Sequence record: DRR723986_5034
Reading direction: 5' to 3' (one strand)
DNA: 55,458 nt
In this document: positions 9,268 through 19,773 of the stretch, piece after piece
Numbering within the stretch: the first letter of the stretch is position 1
Layout: each line of letters opens with the position of its first letter
Notes under the pieces: generated by a model
Told to the model about the DNA's origin: nothing
Seen by the model: only the letters and a program-made list of their open reading frames with translations
Database searches by the model: none
Made by a program: the position numbers and the translations under genes

Positions 9268-10617
9268 TTATTGCCCGGGGTTATCGGCCAGCAGAGAGAT
9301 AGTGCAATCCGCCTCAAATAACTGATTTGGTTTCAAAACAACTGTGGATGTTGTCCACTCAAGGCTATCGAAACTACTGCACGCTGAACACAGAGTAGAC
9401 CAGCCATTTGGCCGGTGGCCGCAATCACCGCATTGCCAGTGTGCACGATCAGATGCGTGTTTTAAGGCAGTTTCTATGGGGTCGGGGTCTTCCTTGAGAA
9501 CATGCGCCAAAGCCAGTCGGTATTGCCATGCAGCCCTTGAAGGGGCTTCTTTCAGCAAAACTTCAAGCACGGGTTTAACCGCATCATATTCACCGGCGTC
9601 CATCATGGCGTCTACCAACAGTAGCTTCGATTCCGGGTGTTCTGGCGCTAGTTTCACAAGCACCCTTACGCGTTTCAACCAGTCGGCTGTGCTTTCCTGA
9701 ACATCCAGTTCTTTGAAGGCAGTCGCAAGCCCGGGGTGCGGTCCCTTTGCCCATGCATCTGAAATAGTTTTATTGGCTTTGCGGGCGTTACCCTCGCCTA
9801 GCTCCAACCGCGCCAGCGCAGTCGTTGCAGGAGTGAATTCTGGTCGCTGGCCTATTGCCTTTTTCAAAGCTTTTCGGGCCAAATCCATATCGCCCTTCAA
9901 TTTCAGCTCTGTCGCCTCAGCATAAGCAATAGCACCACGATGCCGTGCAATTTGTGGCTTCCCAAGCAAGCCTTCTTTCGCAACTTTATCAAGTGCTGCT
10001 TCTGCCTCGTGCCAATTACCTGCCGAAATTTCAAGCGCAAAAAGGGTTTTCAAAACCCACGGGCTTTTGCGATTTTCCGCAAAGGCAACGCGTGCCAACC
10101 GCAAGGCTTCATTCTCGTGGCCGGTGCGCCGCGCTTCCACGAGCAAACCCCGCAGGCCCAAAAGCCTGCCATCTTCCGTGTCTTCCAGCTCTGAATAGCG
10201 TTTTGATGCAGCAACAAAGTCACCACTGCGGGTAGCGGCTTCTGCTGCAATCAAATGCACCATGGGTTGCGGCGGCAATAAAACCTCAGCGCGCTCCACC
10301 AAAGTGCGGGCAGTTTTAGCATCGCCCGCAGACAAGGCCACCAAAGATTGGTTCAACATTTTAAAGCCACGCCGCTGCCGCTTGATAACCTGATTGCTCC
10401 CAAAAATGGGCATATCTCGGCGCAGCCAACCCACCAACCAAACCCCCGCCGCTGACAGGGTCGCAATTAATGCAAATATCAATATCAATGCCGCAAAGCT
10501 GGTGTCTATTTCAAAGGCTTGAAACTGGACGGTAACCGCGCCGGGATGATCAGCCAGCCACGCACCAGCGGCTGCCACCACCAAAACACCCACAAACCAA
10601 AGGATCAACTTAATCAA
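9268..10617 (-). CDS. hemY: HemY-family (HemY_N + TPR) membrane protein with C-terminal CxxC/CxxC ribbon
   Basis: Two N-terminal TM segments, helical repeats, WQCGDC...CSAC; last gene of the hemC-hemD-COG4223 run. Confidence 0.85.
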   Translation of the reverse strand: MIKLILWFVGVLVVAAAGAWLADHPGAVTVQFQAFEIDTSFAALILIFALIATLSAAGVWLVGWLRRDMPIFGSNQVIKRQRRGFKMLNQSLVALSAGDAKTARTLVERAEVLLPPQPMVHLIAAEAATRSGDFVAASKRYSELEDTEDGRLLGLRGLLVEARRTGHENEALRLARVAFAENRKSPWVLKTLFALEISAGNWHEAEAALDKVAKEGLLGKPQIARHRGAIAYAEATELKLKGDMDLARKALKKAIGQRPEFTPATTALARLELGEGNARKANKTISDAWAKGPHPGLATAFKELDVQESTADWLKRVRVLVKLAPEHPESKLLLVDAMMDAGEYDAVKPVLEVLLKEAPSRAAWQYRLALAHVLKEDPDPIETALKHASDRAHWQCGDCGHRPNGWSTLCSACSSFDSLEWTTSTVVLKPNQLFEADCTISLLADNPGQ

Positions 10618-11855
10618 CGCGAGCCTCCGCCCACAGCCGCAGAAATTGTACGCAGCAATCGGTCAAAGGCAGCAAGAACATCGCGGTGCGCCGTGGCTTT
10701 TTGCTGCCAATCGGCCACCGCCGTCGCCGCTTCACCTGTCAGGGTGTTGAGCGCTTCAAGCGTGCCGTTCAAGTCTCGTAGGGCCAACCGCCTTTCCGCT
10801 GTCAATAAAACTGCGTCAATGCCCGTGGCATTTGCATCGGTTCGGCGCACGGTAAACAGCGATGCCAGAAAGCTTCCGCTGGCTCTTTCGTCCGCCTTTT
10901 TGGCGGCGTTCGCCACATCGCCAAATGACCGAGCAAGGCTCTCAAATGTTTCTATGCCCTGTTGGTTAGCCGCCAAAACAGCCACATCAGACCCGATTAA
11001 TTGCTGGTCCAACGCGGGCAGTTCGGCAATGTCCAACCGGATTGCATCCAAATCGCCGCCCAGCGCGGCGCCTGCTAGTGCCTCGTCTTTAAGGCGACCA
11101 AGCGCCAACAATAACCGCCCTCGGGGCGACACATCCAGCGACCCTGCCTGCATTTGCTCCATGGCCGTTTGCAAAACCGCTAATTGGGCTTTTAACTGAT
11201 TAGTTTCTGCTCTGGCCAAAGCGACTGAGCCGGTTAAGCCAGTAATTTCTGGGTCCGCCGTTCCCGATAATGCCGCTAATCGCGCCACTTCAGCCGTCAT
11301 CTCTTCAAGTCGGGCCTCAAGCTGTTGAAGATTTTGCGCTTGCCCACCGTCCGTTTGTCCACCGCCCAATACGCCGCCTGGCTGGCTAGCAATTAGGGCG
11401 ACATCACCTTCAATTTTCGCCCGCGCTGCGCTCGCCTGTGCAATTTGTTCCGATTGCTGCGCCAAAATTTCCTGCAAGCGAGACACGGATGCGCTGACAT
11501 CAGATAACTGGTTTTCAAAGCCCACAATACGAGCCGTGTTTAAGGTGTCCGGCACCACTTGGTTTGCGGCATTACTAAGCGGCGGCAATAGACCCAGAGA
11601 CCGCAACCCCGCTTCGCCGTATGGCGCGGCAAAAACACCGCCAATAAACGAGGCCAATAAACCAGAAAAAACCCAACCGGCTTTGCTGCTTTTAGGTTTG
11701 CTTGTCTGCACTTGCTCAACCGTTTTAATGGGCTCGGCCTCGGCCGCGGAAGCTGTATCAGCTTCAGAATCTTCGACAATTTCAGCATCAACAAAATCCG
11801 CTTCAGAAGCAGGGTTTTTGTTCTGGGCTTCCTTGTTTTTTTTGTCCGCCATCAT
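10614..11855 (-). CDS. COG4223 / mitofilin (Mic60)-like inner membrane protein
   Basis: Disordered N-terminus, single TM, long coiled coil, C-terminal LFTVRR...AE..L......AL..L.........W signature; lies between hemD and hemY. Confidence 0.8.
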   Translation of the reverse strand: MMADKKNKEAQNKNPASEADFVDAEIVEDSEADTASAAEAEPIKTVEQVQTSKPKSSKAGWVFSGLLASFIGGVFAAPYGEAGLRSLGLLPPLSNAANQVVPDTLNTARIVGFENQLSDVSASVSRLQEILAQQSEQIAQASAARAKIEGDVALIASQPGGVLGGGQTDGGQAQNLQQLEARLEEMTAEVARLAALSGTADPEITGLTGSVALARAETNQLKAQLAVLQTAMEQMQAGSLDVSPRGRLLLALGRLKDEALAGAALGGDLDAIRLDIAELPALDQQLIGSDVAVLAANQQGIETFESLARSFGDVANAAKKADERASGSFLASLFTVRRTDANATGIDAVLLTAERRLALRDLNGTLEALNTLTGEAATAVADWQQKATAHRDVLAAFDRLLRTISAAVGGGSR

Positions 11856-11880
11856 TTACTTCCTTGCTGCCAAGCCATAA

Positions 11881-12582
11881 CTACGCCGCCTCTAAAAGGC
11901 TAAACATGGCTTTTTCAGTAGGCATAACCGCACGGTGTTTACCGCGCCACGGCCCCAACAAATTATCCGCCACTCGCGTTGAAAGACACAAAGCGTCTAT
12001 CGTTGTCAACCAGGCTGGCCGCCCATATTCAGCAATTGTTTCTTCAAAGATGGTGGCCGTGCGCGGAGAATAAAAGAGTGCAACATCAATTTTTCTATCA
12101 TCAAGTGCCTTCTGAACGTCGGGGCTCAATTCGCGAATGGCTCGTGCCTGATAGGTTACCGTATTTTCTGCATCCAGGCCCTCACTCTTAAGGGCATCTG
12201 AAATATTGTAGGAAAGTGTACTACCGCATAAATGGGTATATTTCCGCTTTTCACTCAGGCCGCACTCCAACAACAATGGTACCAGTTTCCTCGCCGTTCC
12301 CGGCCCCGTCGTGACATTTGTGAAGCCTAAATTTCGCGCCTCTTGCGCGGTTTTCTCCCCGACAGCAAAAATGGGCCGCGCTTTATTGCCTACATTCACC
12401 AATCCCAACCGGGCGCCGTTCTTACTTGTCACAATAATGCTACGTGTTTCGTCTGGTATCTCAAAAGAAACAGGCTCAACCTGAATGGCGGGCGATATAA
12501 TGACATTATGCCCCATGGCTTTCAGTTTCTCGGCAGTCAGCATAGCTTCGTCAATCGGACGGGTGACAAGAATGGTGCTCAT
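11881..12582 (-). CDS. hemD: Uroporphyrinogen-III synthase
   Basis: ILVTRP, VTSKNG, FAVGEKTA, FYSPRTA. Confidence 0.93.
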   Translation of the reverse strand: MSTILVTRPIDEAMLTAEKLKAMGHNVIISPAIQVEPVSFEIPDETRSIIVTSKNGARLGLVNVGNKARPIFAVGEKTAQEARNLGFTNVTTGPGTARKLVPLLLECGLSEKRKYTHLCGSTLSYNISDALKSEGLDAENTVTYQARAIRELSPDVQKALDDRKIDVALFYSPRTATIFEETIAEYGRPAWLTTIDALCLSTRVADNLLGPWRGKHRAVMPTEKAMFSLLEAA

Positions 12583-13568
12583 GCAAACTCCGATTCCACC
12601 TGCTCTGTCAATTCTTTAAAGAAATCAGGGCCAGCATCAGCTCGTATTTTTTCGCCCAAATCAGCACCCAACAACTTTGCCTCGGCTTCAGAAGCACTGG
12701 CGGTGCCGTTCGCTTGAAAAACTGTCTGGCCGTCCAGAGATAACAACATAGCCTGCATGATTACGGTATCGCCTTTACGTGTTGCATGCGCAGCAATTGG
12801 CGTTCGGCAAGACCCATCAAGACTGGCAAGAAATGTGCGCTCAGCGGCAATAGCCAAAGCCGTATCAGCATGGTGCAAGGGCAACAGTCGCTGCTTTATT
12901 CCTTCGTCACCTATACGGGATTCGATGGTCACAGCCCCTTGCGCCGGCGCAGGCAAAAAGTCTTCCAGTGTCAATTTTTCAGTAGCTGTTGCCTCCATAG
13001 ACAAGCGGTTCAGGCCTGCAAGCGCCAGGAATGTTGCATCGGCTTCTCCGTCACCCAATTTACGCAACCGTGTTTGCACGTTGCCGCGAAAGGTAACAAT
13101 CTTAAGGTCAGGCCGTAGTCGCAACGCCTGTGCTCTCCTGCGAAGCGATGCCGTCCCAAGAACCGCACCCTTTGGTAGGTCAAGGAAATGAGAAAAACGC
13201 GGACTGATAAAAGCGTCGCGGGGGTCTTCCCGCTCCAAAAAAACAGAAAGTTCAAGCCCGGGCGGCAAAGTGGTTGGCATGTCCTTGCTGGAGTGCACGG
13301 CAAAATCTATTGACCCGTCCAGAAGCGCGTCTTCAATTTCTTTGGTGAAAAGCCCTTTACCACCCGCATTCATCAGATGGCGATCAAGAATACGGTCTCC
13401 GCTTGTCTTAATCACACAGATTTCTATGGATTCCATCGACAAGTCGTCGTGGGCCGAGATCAGGCGCGCCCTTACATCTTTGGCTTGAGCCAGCGCAAGC
13501 GGGCTTCCTCGGGTTCCTATCTTCAATTTTGCAGTCACTAATTCTTTTCCAATATCATTTGATCGCAA
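12579..13568 (-). CDS. hemC: Porphobilinogen deaminase
   Basis: IGTRGSPLALAQA, GGKGLFTKEIE, AVHSSKDMP, RGNVQTRL, GSCRTPI; real start may be GTG 13538. Confidence 0.97.
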   Translation of the reverse strand: MRSNDIGKELVTAKLKIGTRGSPLALAQAKDVRARLISAHDDLSMESIEICVIKTSGDRILDRHLMNAGGKGLFTKEIEDALLDGSIDFAVHSSKDMPTTLPPGLELSVFLEREDPRDAFISPRFSHFLDLPKGAVLGTASLRRRAQALRLRPDLKIVTFRGNVQTRLRKLGDGEADATFLALAGLNRLSMEATATEKLTLEDFLPAPAQGAVTIESRIGDEGIKQRLLPLHHADTALAIAAERTFLASLDGSCRTPIAAHATRKGDTVIMQAMLLSLDGQTVFQANGTASASEAEAKLLGADLGEKIRADAGPDFFKELTEQVESEFA

Positions 13569-13725
13569 TAGATTAGGCTTCTCATCTTGTTACTTGGCGT
13601 ATAGAAGCAACACTGTAAAGGCTGAAGTCCTTGATGAGTAACCCGATGGGTAAATACTATACAGACAATATCAGTCCGTGAAGACTATAAAACCGCAATC
13701 ACAGTATACAGCGCAGAAAGTAACC

Positions 13726-14847
13726 ATGACGGCATCAACCAGCAAATCTCGTGAAAAAGCTGCAAGCCTATTGGTGCTGGGCATTGAAACCAGTTGCGAT
13801 GAGACAGCCGTTGCCATTGTTGATGAGCAAAAAAACATCCTCGCGCACACTGTTTTATCCCAGATCGATGACCATTCTGAATACGGCGGGGTTGTGCCAG
13901 AAATTGCGGCACGCCAGCATATTTCTAATCTGGATCATCTTATTCGCCGCACCCTGCAAGATGCCAACCTGTCGATTAGTGACTTAAGCGCGGTTGCCGC
14001 AACCACCGGGCCGGGTTTGGTTGGTGGGTTAATGGTGGGTGTCATGACGGCAAAGGCAATTGCTGTAGCAAGCGGCAAGCCCTTTATTGCGGTTAACCAC
14101 CTAGAGGGCCATGCCCTCACTGCCCGGCTAACCGAAGATATCGCCTTTCCCTATTTGTTATTGTTGGTGTCTGGTGGGCATTGCCAGCTTTTAGCTGCCC
14201 ACAATGTTGGAAAATACACCCGGTTGGGCAGCACCATCGATGATGCCGCCGGTGAAGCTTTTGACAAAACGGCTAAACTGCTGGGGTTAGGCTACCCTGG
14301 TGGCCCAGCCGTTGAAAAAGCCGCCCGTGATGGTGACCCAGACCGCTTTAACTTGCCAACCCCCATGGTCGGTCGGCCAGATTGTGATTTTTCCTTTTCT
14401 GGCCTTAAAACAGCGGTAAGGCGCATTGCCGAGGCCTGCGTTGAGGAACGCGGGATGTTATACTCAGATGACCGAAACGACATATGTGCCGCCTTTCAAA
14501 ATGCTATGGCCCGTTGCTTTGAGGATAGGCTTCAAAATGCTATCGACCAATTTCGCATATCTGCTGGCCATGGCACCTTGCCGTTAGTGGTGGCAGGCGG
14601 TGTGGCGGCCAATAAGTATTTACGAGAGCGCATCAAAGCAATTGCCAGCGCTAACACCATGACTTTTCATGCACCTCCGCTTAATTTATGTACCGACAAC
14701 GGTGCCATGATCGCATGGACTGGGCTTGAACGGTTTGTGCTTGATCAAACCATTAACGACCAAGACATTGCCCCAAGGCCGCGTTGGCCCTTAGATGGTG
14801 ACGCGGCGCCTAAAATGGGCAGTGGCCGCAAGGGGGCCAAAGCATAA
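13726..14847 (+). CDS. tsaD: tRNA t6A transferase subunit TsaD
   Basis: LGIETSCDETA, GGVVPEIAAR, NHLEGH, SGGH, DDAAGEAFDK, TDNGAMIA; start approximate. Confidence 0.97.
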   Translation: MTASTSKSREKAASLLVLGIETSCDETAVAIVDEQKNILAHTVLSQIDDHSEYGGVVPEIAARQHISNLDHLIRRTLQDANLSISDLSAVAATTGPGLVGGLMVGVMTAKAIAVASGKPFIAVNHLEGHALTARLTEDIAFPYLLLLVSGGHCQLLAAHNVGKYTRLGSTIDDAAGEAFDKTAKLLGLGYPGGPAVEKAARDGDPDRFNLPTPMVGRPDCDFSFSGLKTAVRRIAEACVEERGMLYSDDRNDICAAFQNAMARCFEDRLQNAIDQFRISAGHGTLPLVVAGGVAANKYLRERIKAIASANTMTFHAPPLNLCTDNGAMIAWTGLERFVLDQTINDQDIAPRPRWPLDGDAAPKMGSGRKGAKA

Positions 14848-14937
14848 GCATTGCATGGTATGCTAACGCACCGTTGATGCCACAAGACACTTGCAGTAGA
14901 CGCCAAGCCTTGGCACTTTGAGATATTAGGAAGGTAA

Positions 14938-15936
14938 TTGACCTTGGATAAAATTGGCATTTTAGGGGGCGGCGCCTGGGGTACTGCCCTTGCAGCTGCA
15001 GCAACCCAGGCCGGCCGCGATACCTTGTTATGGGCGCGGGAACCCGAAGTGGTTGATGCAATCAACACAACCCATGAAAATAGCATGTTTTTACCGGGCA
15101 TCACACTGGACCCTCGGCTGAAAGCAACAAACTTACTGGCAGATATGAGCGACCGTGATGCCGTATTACTGGTGACACCCGCCCAGTATACCCGTGGCAT
15201 GGCCCGCGACCTTGCCGCCTATATTCGCCGGGACGTACCTTTAATCATATGCTCGAAAGGCATTGAAGTGGCTACGGGCAGTTTGCTCAGCACGGTGATT
15301 GAGGAAGTGGCCCCCCACCACCCAGCCTGTGTTTTATCCGGGCCAACTTTCGCTGGGGAAGTGGCAACCGGGCTGCCTTGCGCTGTCACGCTGGCAGCTA
15401 AAGACAAACATCTTGGAGAGCAGTTGGTTGCAGCCCTTGGCCTACCCACTTTTCGGCCTTACCTGAGCACGGATATTATTGGGGCGCAAATTGGCGGCGC
15501 GATAAAAAATGTATTGGCGATAGCAACGGGCATCGCCGCTGGCCTTGGCACCGGCGAGAATGCACGCGCGGCTGTTATTACGCGCGGGCTTGCAGAAATG
15601 GTGCGTTTCGGCGGCCTATACGGCGCAAAGCGTGAAACCCTGATGGGACTATCAGGTCTTGGTGACTTGATTTTAACCTGTTCGAGCACACAGTCGCGTA
15701 ATATGTCGCTTGGTAAAGCAATCGGCGAAGGCAAAACCTTCACTGAGATAATGGCCGAGCGAAACTCAGTAGCCGAAGGGGCGCATACGGTCGATATTGT
15801 TTACAAAATTGGCCAGGAAAAAAACCTGGATATGCCGATCACCAATGCGGTTTACCGTATTCTGAAAGAAGGCAGGCCCGCTAAAGAGGTGATGGATAGT
15901 TTGCTGGCACGGCCCTTCACTGGCGAAACCGTATAG
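14938..15936 (+). CDS. gpsA: NAD(P)H-dependent glycerol-3-phosphate dehydrogenase
   Basis: GGGAWGTALA, SKGIE, LSGPTFA, KNVLAIA, GLGDLILTC, SRN. Confidence 0.97.
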   Translation: MTLDKIGILGGGAWGTALAAAATQAGRDTLLWAREPEVVDAINTTHENSMFLPGITLDPRLKATNLLADMSDRDAVLLVTPAQYTRGMARDLAAYIRRDVPLIICSKGIEVATGSLLSTVIEEVAPHHPACVLSGPTFAGEVATGLPCAVTLAAKDKHLGEQLVAALGLPTFRPYLSTDIIGAQIGGAIKNVLAIATGIAAGLGTGENARAAVITRGLAEMVRFGGLYGAKRETLMGLSGLGDLILTCSSTQSRNMSLGKAIGEGKTFTEIMAERNSVAEGAHTVDIVYKIGQEKNLDMPITNAVYRILKEGRPAKEVMDSLLARPFTGETV

Positions 15937-15945
15937 GAGACCACC

Positions 15946-16239
15946 ATGCTATATGCGATTTTTTGTTACGACAAACCAAACAGCGTAAGTTTGCGGCAAG
16001 CAACGCGCCCCAAACATTTGGACTATTTGGGCGACGCTGGCGACAGGGTTAAAGTTGCGGGGCCACTTCTTGAGGCTGGCGACAAAGGTGCACCCATTGG
16101 TAGTTTAATTGTAATTGATGCTGCCAGCGAGGCCGCCGTTCAGCTTTTTGCCAGCAATGACCCATACGCAACCGCCGGGTTATTTGAACGCGTTGAAATT
16201 CACCCGTGGGTCCGCGGCATGGGAACTTGGGGTGCGTAA
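15946..16239 (+). CDS. YciI family protein
   Basis: R..TRPKHLDYL, AGPLL, GSLIV, DPY..AGLF; GGAG RBS. Confidence 0.9.
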   Translation: MLYAIFCYDKPNSVSLRQATRPKHLDYLGDAGDRVKVAGPLLEAGDKGAPIGSLIVIDAASEAAVQLFASNDPYATAGLFERVEIHPWVRGMGTWGA

Positions 16240-16241
16240 TT

Positions 16242-16649
16242 ATGGCAAATTGGCTGGTAAAATCGGAGCCCCATGACTGGTCATGGCAGGACCAACAAAG
16301 CGTTGAGAAAGAACCGTGGGACGGCGTGCGCAACTTTCAGGCGCAGAAAAACATGCGCTCCATGTCTGTTGGCGACAATGTTCTGTTTTACCATTCGGGC
16401 AAGCAGCGATCGGTTGTTGGCCTTTGCCGCGTTGCAACCGCCCCTTACCCAGACCCGGATGATCAAACTGGTCGCCTTTGCCTTGTAGATTTAAGTGCTG
16501 TCAGGTCAGCATCAACGCCTGTAAGCCTTGCTGAAATTAAGGCGACACCCGCGCTTGAAAATATAGCCTTGGTTCGCCAGTCCCGTCTTTCCGTTATGCC
16601 GCTCGATGATGCGGCTTATGATCTCATTTGCAAAATGGCTGGGCTTTGA
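16242..16649 (+). CDS. EVE domain protein
   Basis: WLVKSEP, WDGVRNFQA, GD.VLFYHS, RLSVMP. Confidence 0.93.
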   Translation: MANWLVKSEPHDWSWQDQQSVEKEPWDGVRNFQAQKNMRSMSVGDNVLFYHSGKQRSVVGLCRVATAPYPDPDDQTGRLCLVDLSAVRSASTPVSLAEIKATPALENIALVRQSRLSVMPLDDAAYDLICKMAGL

Positions 16650-16657
16650 ACAAGCAT

Positions 16658-17032
16658 ATGCCAAAACCCCTGTCACTGTCTGAGCTTGAGGGCACGCCCC
16701 CAAGTGGCACCTTACTGCTACATTTGAAAGACCTGCCTGATCACGGCGGCAAGGAAATTATATTCACAGAAGACCGTTATAGAACCAGTATCTTTGTCCA
16801 AAAAACGGGCAAAACAATCGCAGTTTTTCTAAACCACTGTCCTCATGCCGGTGCGCCGCTGAATATATTGGGAGACAGATTTCTTGATATGAGCGGCGAC
16901 ACTATTTTGTGCCGCACCCACGGCGCGACATTTAACCGAACAACCGGCAAGTGCATTGCAGGGCCGTGCAAAGGACAGTACCTGCAGGCCATAGCTCACC
17001 GCATAGAAAACGGCGCGATTATCAGCGTTTAA
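16658..17032 (+). CDS. Small Rieske [2Fe-2S] ferredoxin
   Basis: NHCPHAG and CRTHGATF...G.C..GPC motifs. Confidence 0.9.
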   Translation: MPKPLSLSELEGTPPSGTLLLHLKDLPDHGGKEIIFTEDRYRTSIFVQKTGKTIAVFLNHCPHAGAPLNILGDRFLDMSGDTILCRTHGATFNRTTGKCIAGPCKGQYLQAIAHRIENGAIISV

Positions 17033-17052
17033 TGATAGAAATAGTGTCGATC

Positions 17053-17721
17053 TTAGATCATCACGGTGCCGGACCGACGATTGATAGGCTCAGGTCTGGC
17101 ATCCGGGTTATCGGGTTCATCCACTGAAACCACAACCCAGTAATTCTGGAAATTTTGACCGCGCACCACTGATTTCAAAACCATTGACCTCTCGGCATCA
17201 AAATACAGCGTATCGGTTTTACGGCGGGTATTGCCGTTCCAGCTGAATTCCCATTCAAGTTGAATAACAAAGGTCCGGCGAGGGCCATCTTTCAAATCAA
17301 CTGTCTTTTCGTCAACAATTTCAATGTGAGTGTAAAAGTCTGCAGACTCGCCGCCGTCCACATAATACATTGACCCCGACACACCAATGTTTTTACCCAC
17401 CTTCAGAGGGAACAGACTTTCAAGTTCGCTCTCGTCGAAATTAGATTCGTAGCGCATCCCCTGGTCTGTGCCGCTGACCGGGAAAAAGCCTCTATACAGG
17501 TTTACATCGCGAATAATATTGCCGCGCCAATCCCGAAATTCAGCAGTAACGATTTTATCAATAACCTGCGTTACTTCAGCGACAACATCCTGACCATGCA
17601 TTTTAATGTTGGCACGCGTGCCAACAACAGCACCCGTTGTAGCCGGAATGCGCTCTACGCCATCGCATGCAGCGATAAGCAAAACAAATAACACCGAGAG
17701 ATATTTCAGATGATGACGCAC
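17053..17721 (-). CDS. Hypothetical lipoprotein
   Basis: Lipobox LLIAA-C; beta-rich mature region. Confidence 0.7.
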   Translation of the reverse strand: MRHHLKYLSVLFVLLIAACDGVERIPATTGAVVGTRANIKMHGQDVVAEVTQVIDKIVTAEFRDWRGNIIRDVNLYRGFFPVSGTDQGMRYESNFDESELESLFPLKVGKNIGVSGSMYYVDGGESADFYTHIEIVDEKTVDLKDGPRRTFVIQLEWEFSWNGNTRRKTDTLYFDAERSMVLKSVVRGQNFQNYWVVVSVDEPDNPDARPEPINRRSGTVMI

Positions 17722-17813
17722 TCTATTCCTTCATTCGCAAACAAATATAATACTAGCTGGCGAAAACGCTTTTGTTTTTAACAATTGGGTGAACAGGCAA
17801 AGAATATCAACAT

Positions 17814-18308
17814 TTAAGCTGGCTTTTCCTTGTTATGGGTGCGCCTTCTAATTTTCCGGGCCTTTTGTTCAAGTATTGCAATATTGGTTTCGAGTGTTTT
17901 GGACTTCGGGGCAATCCGCAGCCCGCGCTGGTAGTTTTCCATTGCCAGGTCCAGCTGCCCTAAGCCTAAATAAATATTGCCGCGGTTGTTAAAAAAACGC
18001 CAATTTGTGCGGGTTAAATTAATAGCCGCATCGCAATGCTTCATCGCCTCATCCCACTCTTCTTCTTTTATATTGGCCACGCACATGCTGTTGTGGGCGT
18101 TGGCCCGCTGGCGCAGTGTTAAATTTGTATCAAGCGCGCGTGACAGGGCTTTTTTAGCGGCCTGAATATCGCCGGTCTGAATATGATCGTTACCGCGACG
18201 CAACAAGTCAGATGGCTGTAATACAATCTCTACAGGGTCAGCCCATGCCGCTGATGAAGCGGCTAAAAGCAAACAGCAAGCGAGTATATTTAAGGGTCGT
18301 TTCATCAT
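17814..18308 (-). CDS. Exported tetratricopeptide-repeat protein
   Basis: Signal peptide ending AWA; TPR pattern FFNNRGNIYLGLGQLDLAMENYQRGLRIAP. Confidence 0.85.
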   Translation of the reverse strand: MMKRPLNILACCLLLAASSAAWADPVEIVLQPSDLLRRGNDHIQTGDIQAAKKALSRALDTNLTLRQRANAHNSMCVANIKEEEWDEAMKHCDAAINLTRTNWRFFNNRGNIYLGLGQLDLAMENYQRGLRIAPKSKTLETNIAILEQKARKIRRRTHNKEKPA

Positions 18309-18508
18309 ATCTCACATCGACAAAGTTACTATTGTCACACCTTAAACACACTATAGCTGAACGGGCGTGGTTAGGCAAAATACACCCGTTGCACCAACCA
18401 AATTTCAGCCAAACCTTTGCCACTTGAACACACCACTAAGGCCCTGAGGCAATACTGAAATTAGCCTATAGCAAATATAAAAAGGAAAAAACTAAACTAT
18501 CGTTTTGC

Positions 18509-19033
18509 TTAGGGTGTCTTGTTGTCCTTTGGTTTGAAATAATCAACCAAACAACCTGCGTGCACGCCGATATCCCGAAAGTTGTCCACATCAAAACTCA
18601 GCTCGGCAAAGGCAGCCGTAGGCACTTTTCGGGCCGCGCGCGCGATCAAGCCGTCTGATTTTTCTTTGCCAGACAACCCAACAATAATGTCTTGAAAGCC
18701 GGGGTTATGGCCAATGAGAAACAGGCTTTCATATGAATTTGACTGCTGCCTAATAACACCGAAAATGCGGTCAGCGCTTGCACCGTAAAGGCCAGCCTCA
18801 GTCTGGGTAGGCCATGTGCTATCCGCCGCAGACATCACCCTGGCTAACGTTTCCTGTGCACGAACGGCACTTGAGCATATAACCAGACCGGGGTTAAACC
18901 CGCGTTTCTTCAACAAAATACCTGTTTTGGCACACGCCCTTCTCCCCCTACCATTCAGCGGGCGTTCATGGTCTGGAATATCCATGTTTTTCCAGTCCGA
19001 CTTTGCATGCCTGAGAAAATATACTGTCTTCAT
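18509..19033 (-). CDS. SixA-type histidine phosphatase
   Basis: LRHAKSDW, DHERPLNGRG, SSAVRAQET, IGHNPG; ATG 19033 chosen. Confidence 0.9.
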   Translation of the reverse strand: MKTVYFLRHAKSDWKNMDIPDHERPLNGRGRRACAKTGILLKKRGFNPGLVICSSAVRAQETLARVMSAADSTWPTQTEAGLYGASADRIFGVIRQQSNSYESLFLIGHNPGFQDIIVGLSGKEKSDGLIARAARKVPTAAFAELSFDVDNFRDIGVHAGCLVDYFKPKDNKTP

Positions 19034-19079
19034 TTCAACCCCAAAAAAGCTTAAAGACCATAAGGCGAAAAAGCCCCTG

Positions 19080-19745
19080 TCATTTCTGCACCATCTTTTG
19101 GCCAGCCTGAACAACCGTGTCGCCATCTACCGTTCGCGGTGGCTGCATCAGGCCTCTTTTTACAGCGGGCCGCGCGGCAACCCTGTCATGCCAAGCCTTC
19201 AAAGCATCAAGTCCATCAAGCGACACGCCAGCCCAATCATGGCTTCTAACCCAAGTCCAATTGGCGATATCTGCAATGCTATAGTTCTCGCCCGCCAAAT
19301 ATTCACTATCTTGTAAACGCTGGTTTAGCACACTGTATAAACGCCTTGTTTCATTTTGATAACGGTCGATGACACTTTGAATTTTCTCGGGAAAATACCG
19401 ATGAAAAACATGGGCCTGCCCCTGCATGGGCCCAAGGCCGCCCATTTGAAACATCAGCCACTGGATAACAATTGATTTTTCTTCGCTGCCCGAAGGCATC
19501 AACTGGCCCGTTTTCTCAGCCAGATACAACATAATCGCACCAGATTCAAAAACAGCAAAATCACCCGCATCATGGTCAATGATCGCGGGAATACGGCCAT
19601 TTGGGTTAATCGCCAAAAACCAGTCCTGCTTTTGCTCGTGTGCGCCCAGATTAAGCGGTTTCAGACAATACGCCAAACCCAGCTCTTCCAGCGTTATAGA
19701 CGCCTTATACCCATTCGGGGTTGCCGCTGAATAAAGCGTAATCAT
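19080..19745 (-). CDS. Glutathione S-transferase (YfcG-like)
   Basis: [39 protein letters not shown]. Confidence 0.93.
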   Translation of the reverse strand: MITLYSAATPNGYKASITLEELGLAYCLKPLNLGAHEQKQDWFLAINPNGRIPAIIDHDAGDFAVFESGAIMLYLAEKTGQLMPSGSEEKSIVIQWLMFQMGGLGPMQGQAHVFHRYFPEKIQSVIDRYQNETRRLYSVLNQRLQDSEYLAGENYSIADIANWTWVRSHDWAGVSLDGLDALKAWHDRVAARPAVKRGLMQPPRTVDGDTVVQAGQKMVQK

Positions 19746-19773
19746 TTGGGCAAACTTATAAGGTTGCAGCTAT

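Noticed and set aside
10519-11199. 226-aa + strand ORF, and similar long antisense ORFs in pheT, katG, rpsA and the amidohydrolase
   Set aside because: Fully overlap well-supported genes on the opposite strand; composition typical of shadow frames
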